A stretch of DNA of 62,704 bases, filler included, from Chrysochromulina tobinii (GCA_001275005.1; 6 parts of 6 records of this genome joined end to end with filler, not necessarily neighbours in it); one strand, 5' to 3'; counted from the whole stretch's first letter, positions 44,140 through 57,192 are shown. Numbers and translations are program-made. The notes: generated by a model not told the origin, from the sequence alone.

Positions 44140-45080
44140 TGCTGCTGGCTGCTAGCTGCTGGCTGCTGGCTGCTGGCTGCTGGCTGCTGGCTGCTGGCTG
44201 CTGGCTGCTGGCTGATCTGGCTGTTGGCTGCTGGCTTCCTAAAGAGCTGCTGGAGCTGCTAGAGCTGCTTGAGCTGAGAGCTGCAAGCTGCAAGAGCTGC
44301 AGGCAGAGGATGAGCAGCTGTCTGATTCCAGGCAGGAGAGGATGCTGCCTGCTGGCTACCTCAAGAGCTGCTGGAGCTGCTAGAGCTGAGAGCTGCAACG
44401 TACACGCGAGGCAGAGCTGCATGAAGCTGAGGAGCTGCATGAGGCTGAGGAGCTGCATGAGGTGGCTGAGCAGGCTGAGCAGGCTGAGCAGGCTGAGCAG
44501 GCTGCTGAGCAGGCTGAGCAGGCTGCTGAGCAGGCTGAGCAGGCTGCTGAGCAGGCTGAGCAGGCTCCTGAGCAGGCTGAGCAGGCTGCTTGCTGATGAG
44601 CAGGCTGATGACCAGGCTGATGATGAGCAGGCTGATGACCAGGCTGATGATGAGCAGGCTGATGACCAGGCTGATGATGAGCAGGCTGATGAGCAGGCTG
44701 CCCAGGCTGATGATGATTAGGCTGATGACTAGGCTGATGATGATGATGAGCAGGCTGATGAGCAGGCTGATGATGATGATGAGCAGGCTGATGACCAGGC
44801 TGATGATGATGATGAGCAGGCTGATGACCAGGCTGATGATGATGATGAGCAGGCTGATGAGCAGGCTGCTGAGCAGGCTGCTGAGCAGGCTGATGAGCAG
44901 GCTGATGAGCAGGCTGAGCAGGCTGATGAGCAGGCTGATGAGCAGGCTGATGAGCAGGCTGAGCAGGCTGATGAGCAGGCTGATGAGCAGGCTGATGAGC
45001 AGGCTGATGAGCAGGCTGATGAGCAGGCTGATGAGCAGGCTGATGAGCAGGCTGATGAGCAGGCTGACGAGCAGGCTGAG
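44140..45080. repeat. Low-complexity minisatellite: (GCTGCTG)n, then (GAGCAGGCT[GAT/GCT]0-n)n
   Basis: Directly visible; runs to the contig end. Confidence 0.92.
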
Positions 45081-45180
45081 NNNNNNNNNNNNNNNNNNNN
45101 NNNNNNNNNNNNNNNNNNNNNNNNTTAATTAATTAANNNNNNNNNNNNNNNNNNNNNNNNNNNNNNNNNNNNNNNNNNNN
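45081..45180. other. Artificial contig spacer
   Basis: N-TTAATTAATTAA-N, 100 nt. Confidence 0.98.
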
Positions 45181-45340
45181 GCATGTGTCTCAGTTGAGGC
45201 CTGGCCTGTATTGTATTGTTTTGTCTTCACGGCTGTACTGCTTACGTGTTGTGTGTATTAACATGAACTATACCGGTACGCTTTTCGGCGCGCGATGCGG
45301 AAGGTCGCTGTTGTTTTTCCCCAGGCTCTCCCCACGATTC

Positions 45341-46261
45341 ATGTCTGGTCCCACCGTGGTTCCTGGGACGGCAAGCAAGCAGGATGTGATTAAGGCGTAC
45401 GCGATCAGCGAGGAAGAGTACGACGAGATCAAGCGGGACTTTGATGAGATGGACGCCGACAATTCGGGCTTCGTCGACGGTGCTGAGATCGCCGTGTCGC
45501 TCAAGAAAGAGCGTGGCGGCCAAGCGCCAAGCGATGAGGAGGTGGCCGCGGCACTTAAGACGTTTGATTCCGATGCTGATGGAAAGATTACGTTTCTGGA
45601 GTACGTGGGTGCGCTCGGCTACCAGCCCATACGAGAGAAGGCGCCTGCGGCTGCATCAGCGGCCACTGTCGACGCCGCCATGCGAGCTCCGCTCGAGTGG
45701 GTCTTCGAGCAGCTTGACGATGACGGGAGCGGCTTTATTGAGGAGCGCGAGGGTCTCAAGGTAGGCAAATGGCTCGGAGGAGGTGGTGGCGACCTGCTCG
45801 CTTTTTGGACGAAGATGAAGGCGGACATGGACGCCGATGGCGACGGCAAGGTCTCCAAAGAAGAATTCGTCACATGGATGGGGACGAAGGGGTGCTCGCA
45901 TCCCACAGCTGCCCTCCAACTGAAGGACGAGGTCCAGTCCAAGCTGAATCAAGCCAAGTTGCAGCAGCCGTACCCGAAGCGGCCCGTCCCGTCATTATCG
46001 GCCAGCGCGGGCAAGGACGAGGTCTGTTCGACACTGGGACTGGCACCCGAGGAGTATGATGAGATGCGCGCCGATTTCGATGCGATGGACGCCGATCGCT
46101 CTGGCGTCGTCGACAAGTCCGAGATCGTCGAGTCGCTCAAAAAGGAGCGAGGCGGCCAAGCGCCTAGTGCTGAGGACGTGGATGGCATGCTGGCCATGCT
46201 CGACATGGACGGGGATGGCAAGGTCACTTTTGTCGAGTATGTGACGGCGCTTGCCTCCTGA
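45341..46261 (+). CDS. Six-EF-hand calcium-binding protein
   Basis: DADNSGFVDGAE, DSDADGKITFLE, DDDGSGFIEERE, DADGDGKVSKEE, DADRSGVVDKSE and DMDGDGKVTFVE. Confidence 0.92.
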   Translation: MSGPTVVPGTASKQDVIKAYAISEEEYDEIKRDFDEMDADNSGFVDGAEIAVSLKKERGGQAPSDEEVAAALKTFDSDADGKITFLEYVGALGYQPIREKAPAAASAATVDAAMRAPLEWVFEQLDDDGSGFIEEREGLKVGKWLGGGGGDLLAFWTKMKADMDADGDGKVSKEEFVTWMGTKGCSHPTAALQLKDEVQSKLNQAKLQQPYPKRPVPSLSASAGKDEVCSTLGLAPEEYDEMRADFDAMDADRSGVVDKSEIVESLKKERGGQAPSAEDVDGMLAMLDMDGDGKVTFVEYVTALAS

Positions 46262-46382
46262 GAAGCCTCTCGATTCGTTTACACTTCACGCGCTGAACAG
46301 GGCATTTCACAGCAGTTTCGGTCAGTTTCGTGACAAACTTTTTTCGCGAAGCGATTTGCAACTCGTGTCTGCGCACGCACAC

Positions 46383-47237
46383 ATGGTGCTCGCTCAGGAA
46401 CTCCGTACGGCTGCGAGGCATGGCAAGCTCGATGCGCTCACGGCCATCCTAGAGGGTGAGGGCGTTTCGCATGTGAACGACGCAGACGCCGAGGACGGCG
46501 CCACGCCGCTGCTGATGGCGTGCTGCTACGGACACACACCCTGCGTCGATGCGCTGCTCAGGTTCGGAGCAGATACGAACATCTCGGGCAAGCACGGCAT
46601 CACGCCAACCTTCTTCACATGCCAGGAGAACAAACCAGACTGCCTGAAGCTGCTGATCGCAAAGAAGGCCGACTTGAACAAACCAAACTTGATGGATGGT
46701 GGGTCGCCCCTCTACATCGCGTGCTCGAAGAACAACGCAGATTGCGTGCGCCTGCTCCTCGAGGCCGGCGCCGACGTGAATCTTCCGCGCAAGGATGGCA
46801 GCACCTGCCTTCAAGCCGCGCTCAAAAAGAAGAACTTGGTAATCGCGAAGCTGTGCATCCAGTATGGTGCGGAGATAGACCGCAAGCTGCCGCCCGCAAA
46901 CAAAACGCCGTTCCAGATGGCCATGGAGATAGTCTACGAGAAGGACGTCGAGACGCGCAAGGAGTACCTCATAGGTATGTACGAGCCGGGTGATCTCTGC
47001 GGTCTGCTCTGCGATATGCTGAAAGAAGACAATCGAAAGCTCAGACGGCGCATCGCTGCGAAGGAAGCCGGTGGAGAGCCCCCGGAGACGGACCGTAGGG
47101 AGGGCGATGAGCCCGGCGACGCGACGGAGACCCAGATGAACTCTGGCGAAGCTACTGACCGGTCGGTCGTAGTCAGGTCACCCAAGAAGGAGGAGTCGAA
47201 AAAGAAGAAAGGAGGCAAAAAGAAGGCGAAGGAATAA
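46383..47237 (+). CDS. Ankyrin repeat protein
   Basis: GATPLLMAC, GITPTFFTC, GGSPLYIAC and GSTCLQAA repeats; Lys-rich tail. Confidence 0.9.
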   Translation: MVLAQELRTAARHGKLDALTAILEGEGVSHVNDADAEDGATPLLMACCYGHTPCVDALLRFGADTNISGKHGITPTFFTCQENKPDCLKLLIAKKADLNKPNLMDGGSPLYIACSKNNADCVRLLLEAGADVNLPRKDGSTCLQAALKKKNLVIAKLCIQYGAEIDRKLPPANKTPFQMAMEIVYEKDVETRKEYLIGMYEPGDLCGLLCDMLKEDNRKLRRRIAAKEAGGEPPETDRREGDEPGDATETQMNSGEATDRSVVVRSPKKEESKKKKGGKKKAKE

Positions 47238-47919
47238 GGCTCGTGGCATCCAAGGGCGAAGATGTCTGCAACTCACTCTCAAACGATCTGCAGAGAGTAC
47301 CTCTACGCCCATATCCCCGTAGCATGTGTCTAGCATGTGTCTAGCATGTGTCTAGCATGTAGCATGGGCTCCAAGCCAGGTTGGCCTCCGGGGAGTGGTC
47401 AGCGCAGGTCACAGAGATTATCGTCAGCCGCGTGCCCGTGGCCGTGCCGTGCGGGTGTTGCTGGTGCGTGTTGCAGGCGCGGTTCTTTATCCCCGCGTCC
47501 GACACGCGACAGTCATGAGTCAACCGTGTGACGACATTCGACACGTGAGCGCTGAGGGCCTTTCAACAATTGCCTTTCAAGTTGTTTTAATAGTTACATG
47601 GTGCGCCGTCTTGCAATTGCTCGAGGTGCTCAGCGTACACGCTGTGGCGACTCGCAAGGGCCCCCTGCCGTGAAGCGTGATGTGCCTGTGGCTGCGGAGT
47701 GACAGAGAGATGGGCTTGAGCCGAGCCCCTGGCCGGGAAAGAGCGTCGAGGCACTCAAGTTATACCAGGATGATTTGCCGGATCGCAGTGGAGTCGAGAA
47801 GATCAACGTCTTCGAGGGTCCGAGGCGCCCCTTGATGATGGATGTAATTGAGCACACGAGTGAATTTGCAACTTCTGGACTCGACTCACACACGCGTGCT
47901 CGGACTGATCGCGTGCACG

Positions 47920-50900
47920 ATGGCGCACGTTGGGCCTTTCGCATCGGTGCAGTGGCAGCAGCAGCAAAACAAGCAGCCAGAGCTGAACAGGCTGGGCCTG
48001 TACAATCCGATCCAGCCGCCTAGCGTTGCGCCGTCCTCAGTGACGCTGGTCGAGCAGGCCGCCGCGGCCACGCCACTCAACATGCTCTCGCCCGGAGTCA
48101 ACTTGAACAGCGCGCCACTGAGCCCAAACAGCGCGCTGCCGAGCCCGGCAAGTGCCGCCGTGCTTCGCGAGCGCGATTGGGGCAATCGGGACCTCTTTTC
48201 CTCGCTCCGCAGCTCGTTCACCTCGTCCGGGCTGGCAGGGATGGGTGGTGTCGCGCCGGTGGACTTCATCGCGCCGGTGGAGCACATGAAGCGGCTGCTC
48301 ACGCTGCCGTACACGCCCGGGCGCGTCTCCTTTCCCGTGCACCGTGTGGGCAGCTCGCTCGTCATCGACGGCGGCGTCGCGCCGCGAAACCCACATGGCA
48401 GCGCGAGCGCTGAGAGCCTCGAGCAATACGATCTCGAGGGTGAGCAGCGCGAGCTCGAGGCGACCATCACACGGATGCTCTCGGCCTCTGGTGTCGCAGG
48501 CGGTGGCGCGCCGCCGCGTCAGGTCGAGCACGCCGCCGCGGCCGCGCCAGCAGAGTTGGCGTCCGCGCCTGCGCTCGCGCTCCCAGCACCCTCGGCACCC
48601 TCGCCTTCGCAGCAGTCACCGTCGAAGCCCGCGTCGTCACCGGCGTCGCCGCAGCTGACGTCGTCGCCGCCGACGTCATCGGCACCACGCGACGAGGCAG
48701 GTGAGGCGACTGTCGCTGAGGAGGGCGGGGCGACGGCTGTTGAGGGCTGTGATGCGGAGTCGCCGCGGGCCGACGACACCGCAGCCGCCGCTGCCGCTGC
48801 CGAGGCCGCTGCTGCTGCCCAAGCCGACACCTCCGCGGCAGCAGCAGCGGTAGCGACGGCGGCAGAAGCGGCGGAAGGGGCGGTAGCGGAGGAGGCGGCG
48901 ACAACGGGGTCTGCGTGCGCACTTGCGCCGTGCGCGGCCCCCGCTGCCGTGGCCGACCCTAATAAGGCCGGTGAGGCCGTGACAGACCCTAATCAGGAAA
49001 TGCAAGACGATGGAGGAGGGGCGTGGGTGACTGCGGCACGCAAGAAGACGCGGCGGCACGCTCGTCCGTCGTCGGGCGGCGGTGGTGCCGGCGCTGGCGG
49101 GAGCGGAGGCAGCGGCGGCCTGCGGGGGTGTGCCCACGACGGCGCTCTCTGGTCGCGCTTCCTGCACCACTCAGCATCGCGCGAGAGCGAGCATGAGGGT
49201 CTCGAGGACTCTCCGCAGGAGTCGAACGTGATCACAGCACACGAGGACAGCCCGTCGGCGACGGCAGAGGGGATGGGGGCGGCGGCAGCTGGCGCAATGG
49301 GGTCGCTCCCCGACAGCAACACGGAGACTCGCTGGACGTTTTGGTCCGATGGGGGGGCGCCGGGGGCCGAGGCGAGAACAGCGGCGGCGGCGGCGGCAGC
49401 GGCGCGCCCGCAGACGGCCCTCATCACGCCGCGCGCGCACGGGCAGCGGCGCGAGGTGCGCATGACGCGCGAGCACCGGCGGCCGCATACGGCGCCGCCT
49501 CATCCCTTTCGTCAGGTAGTCCATTGGGAACTCCAGGGCATGGGGATGCTCTTGGGCACCGACCTGCCGATCTTCTCGTCGGCAGACCATCCGGCAATGG
49601 CGCTGCAGCTTGTCGACTTGTCGCGGCCCATCCGACCACTCTCCATCTTGGACTTTTGGCTGGACAACGTGATGAACGCGATACCAGCCCTTGCCGTGTG
49701 CGGGCACGTGGACGGCATGGTCAAAGGTTACCAGGTCTTCCGAACGGACGAGCTGCCGCACTGGCCGGGCGCGTCCTTCGATGAAGATGCGGTGCTCGAC
49801 AATGCCCATCAACTGCTCTCGTTCTTGCAGGGCCACTGCACACGACCTGGCGGTTCATGGTGGGTGCTCAAGGAGCCAGAGGCGAACGTGGTGCGCGTCT
49901 TTGATTTGGCGACGCTCTCGGCGGAGTACGGCGCCGACGCAAACCCGTTTGCGCACTCGGTGGCGCTCATGTGCTATCGTATGGCACTGCGATGCAATGT
50001 ACAGCCGGATGGCGGCGGCGGCGGCGGCAGTGGCGGCGGCAGTGGCGGCGGCAGTGGCGGCGCTCGAGACGGCGCGGGCACCGGCGCAAAGGTCGGCGGC
50101 GGCGACAAGCCGGCAGAGCGGGCGAAGGTGATGTCCGGCGGTGCCGTCGTCGACATTAGGACTCATGACGGCGGCGACAACGACGACGACGATGACGACG
50201 ATGACGACGACGACGATGACGACGACGACGACGACGATGACGACTGCGGCGGCGGCGGCGACGACGACGACAACGACGCTGGGCGGCGCGCGGAGGGGAA
50301 GGACAGCCGCAAAGAGGCGGAGCAGCGTCGCGAGTTGCTCATTCAATGCTCCGAGCTGCTCGATGCACACGCACACCCGCTGCTGTACTCGCTCGTGCAC
50401 TTGCAGCTGGCGCGCTGCCACGCGGCGCTTGGGATCGACATTGATGCCGTCGCGCGCCTTGCCGCTGAAGAGCGGCGCCAGGGCGCCGGCGCCGGCGCCG
50501 GCGCCGGCGGCTGTGCTGGCGGCGGTGCTGGCGGCGGCGGCGATCGCGAAGACAGCGGCGGCAGCGGCAAGAGCGACGGCAGGTGCGTGCTCGCTCGCCG
50601 ACCTTCGAATGACGGCGCGTCGCTCGACGGCAGCGCACCCGTCGCTGGCCCCGCCGAGGCAGTCCATCTGCAGCCGCGGCGCACAGGCAACGCTGGCGGG
50701 AGCACGCCAGCGGGCGCCGTGCTGGGCGCCGCGCCGGTGCTGCAGCTGCTTCGGTGGCTTCAGGGCCAACTGCCTAGCACCGTCTGGACGCAGACGGTGA
50801 TGCTTTCTCACGCGCTCCGCGGCCTTGAGGTGCTCGCGGGGCTCGGCGATGACGTGCTCACGACGGCGACTTGCGAGGAGCGGCTGCGTGCGGAGCTGCC

Positions 50901-53845
50901 GGAGCTTTCGGAGGCGTCGCTGCCGCAGCAGTGTGGGGAATTGGCGCTCGTGTGCGCTGGCTGCTGCCTCGACCTCTCACGCGCTTTATGCATACCCGGC
51001 GGCGCCTCGCCGCCGCCCCCGCCGCCGCCGCCGCCGACTGGTGGCGCTGCAGTTGACGGCAGCGCGGCCGGTGCATCCAGTGCAGACGCATCGAGCACGG
51101 CGACAGAAGGGAGCCCAGCAAGGTCTCATACCGGTACCTCTCGTATTCTGGGAGCGGCCGCGTCCCTCGCGCTCTTGCAAGCGGCCATCGAGGCCCTGCT
51201 GCTCCATGTGTTTCGGGTGCGGGGGGGCGCGAGCGAGCAAGGGTGCCGATCGGCCTGCTGGATTCCTCAGGCCGCGCTTGCACCGCCCTCGCCGCTCGTC
51301 GCCATGCCCTGGGAGCCCAGCTACGCGCCGTTGGCCACCGACGATGCCGCCCAGCACCCAAGCGCCTCAATCAGCTCGGCGTCCGCCGCGCCTCCGCCGG
51401 CCGTCGTCGCATCCGCTGCTGACGGCACCGTTCAGCACCCAAGCGCCTCAGCGTCCTCCTCTCTCCCCTGTACGCCCAGCACGGCGCCCTCGCCGGCATC
51501 GCCCGCCGCCTCTCTACCTTCATCCCCCACGCACCTGTCGGAGTTGGAAGCGCGCGCCTCCCTGCTACTGCAGCAACTCACGCAGCAGATGGGCGATTCG
51601 CTCTACGAGCTCTCGTCCCTTCATGCCGCTGCCCACCACACGGCTTCCGACGGCCGCAACGACGCCAGCGACGATGCCCGCAACGACGCCCCGCACGCAG
51701 CAGCGACGGACGGACGGGCAGACGGCGCAGGGGCCATTGTGGAACCCGAAGCCGCCAACGCCGCCAACGCCGCCGCTGCAGCCAACGCCGCAGCGGCCGC
51801 CGGCACTGCAGCCGCCGGCACTGCCGCCGCCGGCAGTGCCGACGACGACGCCTCCTCCGCCTCCTCCTCCTCCATCCCCTGGGAATTCCTCCACCCGCCA
51901 TGGGTGCGCAAACAGCTCGCTCCCTTGATCGCATGGCTTGCAGCCGCCACTGCCGGCATCTCCCAACCCACACGCGCCGCTCTGCGCTCCATGGCACTTC
52001 GCGAGTCCCTGCCTCCCGACCCAGACGGTGCGGTCCGCTGCCTTCGGCTCGCAAGGACCGCCTATTGGTGGTCCCTGCTCATCTCGGCGCGTCACACCAC
52101 TTGGGCCGTTGGCGCTGGCAGTCCTAGCGCCGAGGGTGGGAACACTTCCGAAGCCGAGCACTCGAAGCTTCCGAAGCCGAGCACTTCCGAAGGAGGGCGC
52201 AGCTCCGAACGTGTGCGTAGCTCCTCGTGGCGCACAGCCTGCCTGAGCGAAGCCGTCGCCTCGCGCTCCCTAGCCCTTCGACGGCTCGGGTGTATACTCA
52301 ACGAGCTCGGCCAACGCCACCTTCGTCGGCGCGAGCCACTCCTCGCAGACGGATGCTTCGTCGATGGCATTGCCGCCTTCAGCCGCGCCAACGACGCTGC
52401 CAACACGGCGCTGCTGCTGCTCAACCGCGCCGCGATTGCACGCCAACGGGCGGCCTGGCATGTGGAGGCGTTTGCCACGGCGGCGGCGGCCATCAGCGCC
52501 GCGGAGCGAGCGCTCGCATTGCATGCCACCGCAGCCGCTGCCGTGGCGGCGATGGAGGCGGCTGAGGGGGCGACGGAGGAGGAGGGGGCGGCGGCCGAGG
52601 AGGGGGCGGCGGCGGAGGAGGGGGCGGCGGCCGCGCCCACGCAGGAGGCAGCAGGAGGCGATGCATCTGGCGGAGGCGGCAAGTTCACATCGCCTCCACC
52701 GCCACCGATGCCGCCGCCACCGTCCGTTGTCCTCGACCCCGCGGCCATCCCCGACGTCACGGAGCTCACATCTCCCCGCCATCTCCTGCTCACCTCTCCC
52801 CGCCATCTTCCCGACGAGACGGAGCTCACCCTTCTCCTGAGCGCCGTCGAGCTGCAGCGGCAGGCGTGGCAGCAGCTCCAGCAGCTCCGCGGCGGAGCCC
52901 CGGCGCCTCTGCGTGCGATGGTGCTACGGGAGCTGAGCGGCGGCGAGGCGGCGGCGGGCTCGGCGTTGCATGCGGTGGTCGCTGAGACCGGAGGGAGCGA
53001 AGCGATAGTGAGGCGCGCGGCCGCCTGCCTGGCGAGCGCTCAGCAACTCTATGAGGAGCTCGGCGAGCTCGCGCAGGTGCGGCTGATGACGGCTGATTGC
53101 CATGGATTGAAACTGGCACTGAGTGGACGCTGAGTGGACGCTGAGTGGACGCTGAGTGGACGCTGAGTGGACGCTGAGTGGACGCTGAGTGGACGCTGTG
53201 CCCGGCGCGGTGCGCGCGCAGGTGCAGCTGATGATGCGCAAGCAAGGGTCGCTCTACCTCGCCTCCCTCGTGTGTGCGTCGCTCTCGGACTCGTTGAGCG
53301 AGCGAGCTGCCGCCTCCCGCCTCACGCTTGCGCTTCGTCACTACGATCGCGCGCTCAATTTGCGTGGGGGTCTCGGCCACGGCGGCGCCGCCGCAGCCAG
53401 CGCGAATGCGGCCGCCTCCCCAACCATGGAGCGATGCGTGGCCGAGTGTCGCCTCGAGCTCGCCACCTTTTTCCTCTCGTGGAGCCTGTCGACGAGTGTG
53501 CGTGCGCTGGGGACGGAGGCGAGCGCGACGCGCATTCGCCATCTGGAAGCGGCTCTCGGCCATGCGCGTGCCGGCGCATCCGCCACCACACCCAACGCAC
53601 CCGCCATCCCCCACGCACCCGCCACCCCCCACGCACCCGCCACCCGTCCCGCAGCCACCCTTCCCGCTGAGGTGGTCCGAGCGCTCGCGCAGGCAGAGCA
53701 GACGGCCCTTCGTGAGCTCATTAAGGCGCACACAGCGCATGGCAACGTGGCCCGCGCCTCCGCCCTCAAGGAGGTCTACCGCCGCCAGCTGGGTGCGCTC
53801 AAGACGGCGCTCTCGCAGGCTGAGGGCCGAGAGGCTCCCGGCTGA
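47920..53845 (+). CDS. EDRF1: Erythroid differentiation-related factor 1-like protein (exons 47920-53076 and 53222-53845)
   Basis: MKRLLTLPY..VHRVGSSLVID, MLLGTDLPIF and DFWLDNVMNAIPALAVCGHVDGMVKGYQ match my recollection of EDRF1 conserved blocks. There are long low-complexity inserts. Confidence 0.8.
53077..53221 (+). other. GT-AG intron (145 nt) flanked by a 20-bp duplication and containing (CTGAGTGGACG)x7
   Basis: CGCGCAG|GTGC(G/A)GCTGATGA at 53070-53089 and 53215-53234. Splicing joins the two ORFs in frame. Confidence 0.9.
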
Positions 53846-54975
53846 CCTGAAAGTCGAAAGCCGATGCCAAAGTCCGCGGTGTCTCCGCTCACTCGCACTG
53901 CGTTTTGATCCATCAGTGAACCATGATCGGTGCTAACGTAAGGGCCTTCGTCGACTATCGATTATGAAGTGAGAAAATATGCCTCCATCCAGTGGCAGGA
54001 CATCTGATGTGAAGCCCAGCCGTTCGAGCTGTGAGTGGACCACACACCCGTATTCTGAGCGGGCAGTAACAGTGCCGTAGCACCGGTTGTCGCGTCTGTC
54101 GTGTTAACGTTCACACCCCGGTTGCCGCATAGGCAAACCGATTTTTTTCATCCAGCACACTTCCTACTGTACTTCCGGGAACAGTCGACAGTATATACAC
54201 GCACCCGACAGCTGTTGTTTACATGTACGGCTGCACGGCAGTACCCTACACACAGCAGCAAACCACCACATGTTCAACGTGACAGCTCCACAACTCATTC
54301 GATCCACAATCCGGTCTCCGGCTCTCCACCTTCTCGCACCGCTTGTACCCCTGCACCACCAGTTGAAAATGTTCCAACTGAGGCTAAGCTTGCCAGCTTG
54401 GTCAGCACCGACGTGCCCGATTGCAACGCGTCCGCAATCGCGTCCTTGTAGCGCGCGTTGGCATGCGTGACAAAGTCGGCCCACATTGACACTGCGTCAC
54501 CGAGGGTAGCACGCAATTGCTTGACAAGGCGCATAAGCGCAGCCCGCTCCAGCGTTGCTGTGCGCGCTTGCGCACCTTCGTGGCAAATTTGATCCGGAGG
54601 GCGGGTTGGTACGCCGCAGGCCGTGCGCCGCGGGCTGCGATCGTGCCATGGCTTAGGGCGCAAGCCATAGATCGCGAGTCCGGGCTTGGCGGCGGCACGG
54701 AGGGCGCCCCCGGCGTCGTCGTTGCTCGACATGAGCTGCATAGTACGTTGGAAGTGTTCGATCTCTTTCCGGGGAAAATTCGGCACTTTATAGGAAATAC
54801 CTTTATAGGCAACCAAATTAGGAAATAACTAAGACGACGATCAGTGTGCTCTTCATGGGGCTGGGCACGGAGGTCGTAGTTGCTCGGGGGCACGGGGAGG
54901 CCAGTTATACGAACTACCGGCATGGGGACCGATAGATGTAGTGTGGCTGGGACGGGGGTGGGGGCCGATCCTTGA

Positions 54976-55122
54976 CATTCAATTCCCAAACAGGTGTAGG
55001 GGTGGGGCCTTATAAACATGAAAAATAGTAGACCACTCCCCCTTGGGTCAACCATTCAATTCCCAAACAGGTGTAGGGGTGGGGCCTTATAAACATGAAT
55101 AATATAGTAGACCACTCCCCCC
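54976..55122. repeat. Tandem duplication, period about 77 bp
   Basis: CATTCAATTCCCAAACAGGTGTAGGGG...AGACCACTCCCC occurs twice. Confidence 0.9.
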
Positions 55123-55628
55123 CATTTGGGTCGCACAACTGAAAATCCTCGCCGGTGTGTCAGTCCACCGTCACCGAGCGACGCGACCAAACTGCGTGGC
55201 AATGTTTCGTGTGGTAGTGGCTGGTCGGTACCTTGAGTGTCGATTCAACTGACTCTTTCGCAAAGAACCCACAGGCGGACAAGGATCCACTCATGTGTTC
55301 ACTGTGCTCGCATCTACTGATGAGCTTGGGGTTGGAGGGTTGATTGAGAGTATTAGGAACAGATAACATCACGAACTGGCTGTCAGGCAGGGCCTGGGGC
55401 GACGGATCTATCGGGACACCGCGAGGATGGCCACTGTATCTCGAACGCAACGTACCCCTACCGGTACGCGCCCGCCGATCTAATTAACAAGCCGGATTTG
55501 GGCGGGTAGTTGCATGAAACTACCTCGCCCTAGTGATTTGGGCGCGTCGTCCTGGTGTATCGCTTCGAGTCACTCGAAGCGAGGGTAGGAGTCCCGGGGT
55601 GTAGTGTGGGGAGGGTGGAGACGTATCA

Positions 55629-56555
55629 TCACCCCCTCGAGCTCGCAGTAGTACGAGAGCTCATCAGAGTACGTCTTCCAACTGGTGCAGGGATTGCGTC
55701 TTCTTCCCTGACTCAACATGCAATATCGAGCAAGCAAACTCGAACAGCGTAGTGTCGGCTCTACTATCGTCGGTAGACAGCAAGAACACTGGATGAGCTC
55801 GACTAGACCTGGCGGGCTGCACCCTAGTGGGCGCCGGTGCTGCTACGGTAGCTATCTCGGGTGGCGACGGCACAGTGGCATACCGGCCCTGGTGCTCCGC
55901 CTTACGGAGGTCGATCTCCTCCAGTATACGTCGGTCGGTCACCCGACTCACGATGGATGACAGCCGCTCGGTGGTGATTGTGGGATGACCCTCCCACTTG
56001 ACCCTTAGCTTCCATCCGCGGCCGGACGGTTCAGCACTAACAATGCTTTCGATGTCGTAGAGTTTATCCTCACGCCATGCGTGCCATTCGTCTGGCGTGT
56101 CGTCGATCGGCAGCGCAGGTAATTCATCGACGACTGTAGGGGTGTTGATGGGCGGCGCCAAGGTGTCCGACTCCGGGGTCATCGGCAGGGCATGTTCGTC
56201 AACATCGGGCAACACAAGCTCGGGGTCGTGAAAGAAAGGTGCAGCAAAACTGCACTTCCTGAGGGACTGCCATGGGAGAACATCAGGGACTGATCCGTCC
56301 GATGGCACCTCGAGTAGCACGGCATGTGGCTTAGCCGCGAGTACCGTGAACGCGTGCCTCCAGGCGAGTCCCTTGCCATGCTTGCGGATGTAACGCGACT
56401 TCTCCGAATCGCTGTACTTCAGCCATACTTTATCTCCCGGTAGTACTGTCCGGAGTGGCTTCGAGGGGGGCATCAGTCGTGTCTCTGCGTCCTTGAGATC
56501 GTCAAGCTCTCTCGTGAGCCTCAGGTGCATCCGCCTCATTCGCAATCCGAACTCT
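55629..56555 (-). mobile_element. 3' end of a Ty3/gypsy-like chromodomain retrotransposon pol (ORF 56545-55664) plus a candidate polypurine tract
   Basis: PGDKVWLK (integrase C-terminal region) and chromodomain YDIESIVSAEPSGRGWKLRVKWEGH. GAGGGGGTGA (55638-55629) is followed by TGATACG, a possible LTR start at 55628. Confidence 0.72.
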
Positions 56556-56655
56556 NNNNNNNNNNNNNNNNNNNNNNNNNNNNNNNNNNNNNNNNNNNNT
56601 TAATTAATTAANNNNNNNNNNNNNNNNNNNNNNNNNNNNNNNNNNNNNNNNNNNN
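56556..56655. other. Artificial contig spacer
   Basis: N-TTAATTAATTAA-N, 100 nt. Confidence 0.98.
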
Positions 56656-56909
56656 GGTGGAGTCGGTCTCGCATGGGCATGGCCCTCCGCGTCATGTCCC
56701 GCTGTGTCTCCTGCCCGCGACCTCTCCCTGGTTCATGCTCGCTCATCCGCACTATGGGTGGCCAGAGCAGCTTGTGTGTATCCCCCCCTGGGAGGGGGGG
56801 GAAGTATGTTTGGTATCTGTATCGGTGTGTCCCTCCGAGTGCGACCTTTGCGCGAGACAACGCCGAAACCAGATAGGAAATGACGAAGCTAAATATGGCG
56901 CATCGATTC

Positions 56910-57192
56910 CAACTTTGACTGATCGCTGAAGCGGAACGCTTCCGAATGGGCCCAAACCGAGCACAGGTCCCTGATCCCCACCACTAGGCCACTCTTTGGT
57001 GTAAGTATCAGCCGATCGCGGCGAAAACATCGCGGCACACGGCGCGTGTGAAAACTGGCTTTTACTATGTAAATAGTCAACTTTGACCGACCGCTGAAGC
57101 GGAACGCTGCCGAATGGGCCCAAACCGAGCACGGGTCCCTGATCCCCACCATTAGGCCACCCGTTGGTGTAAGTATTAGCCGATTGCGGCGT
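56910..57192. repeat. Direct repeat of about 114 bp, period 168
   Basis: CAACTTTGAC.GA.CGCTGAAGCGGAACGCT...AGCCGAT.GCGGCG occurs twice. Confidence 0.88.

Noticed and set aside
44139..45080. ORFs rich in SRL/MSRL/ADDEQ
   Set aside because: Products of the minisatellite, with no supporting coding context.
54295..54816. 173-aa minus-strand ORF
   Set aside because: No recognisable motif; lies in a repeat-rich region.
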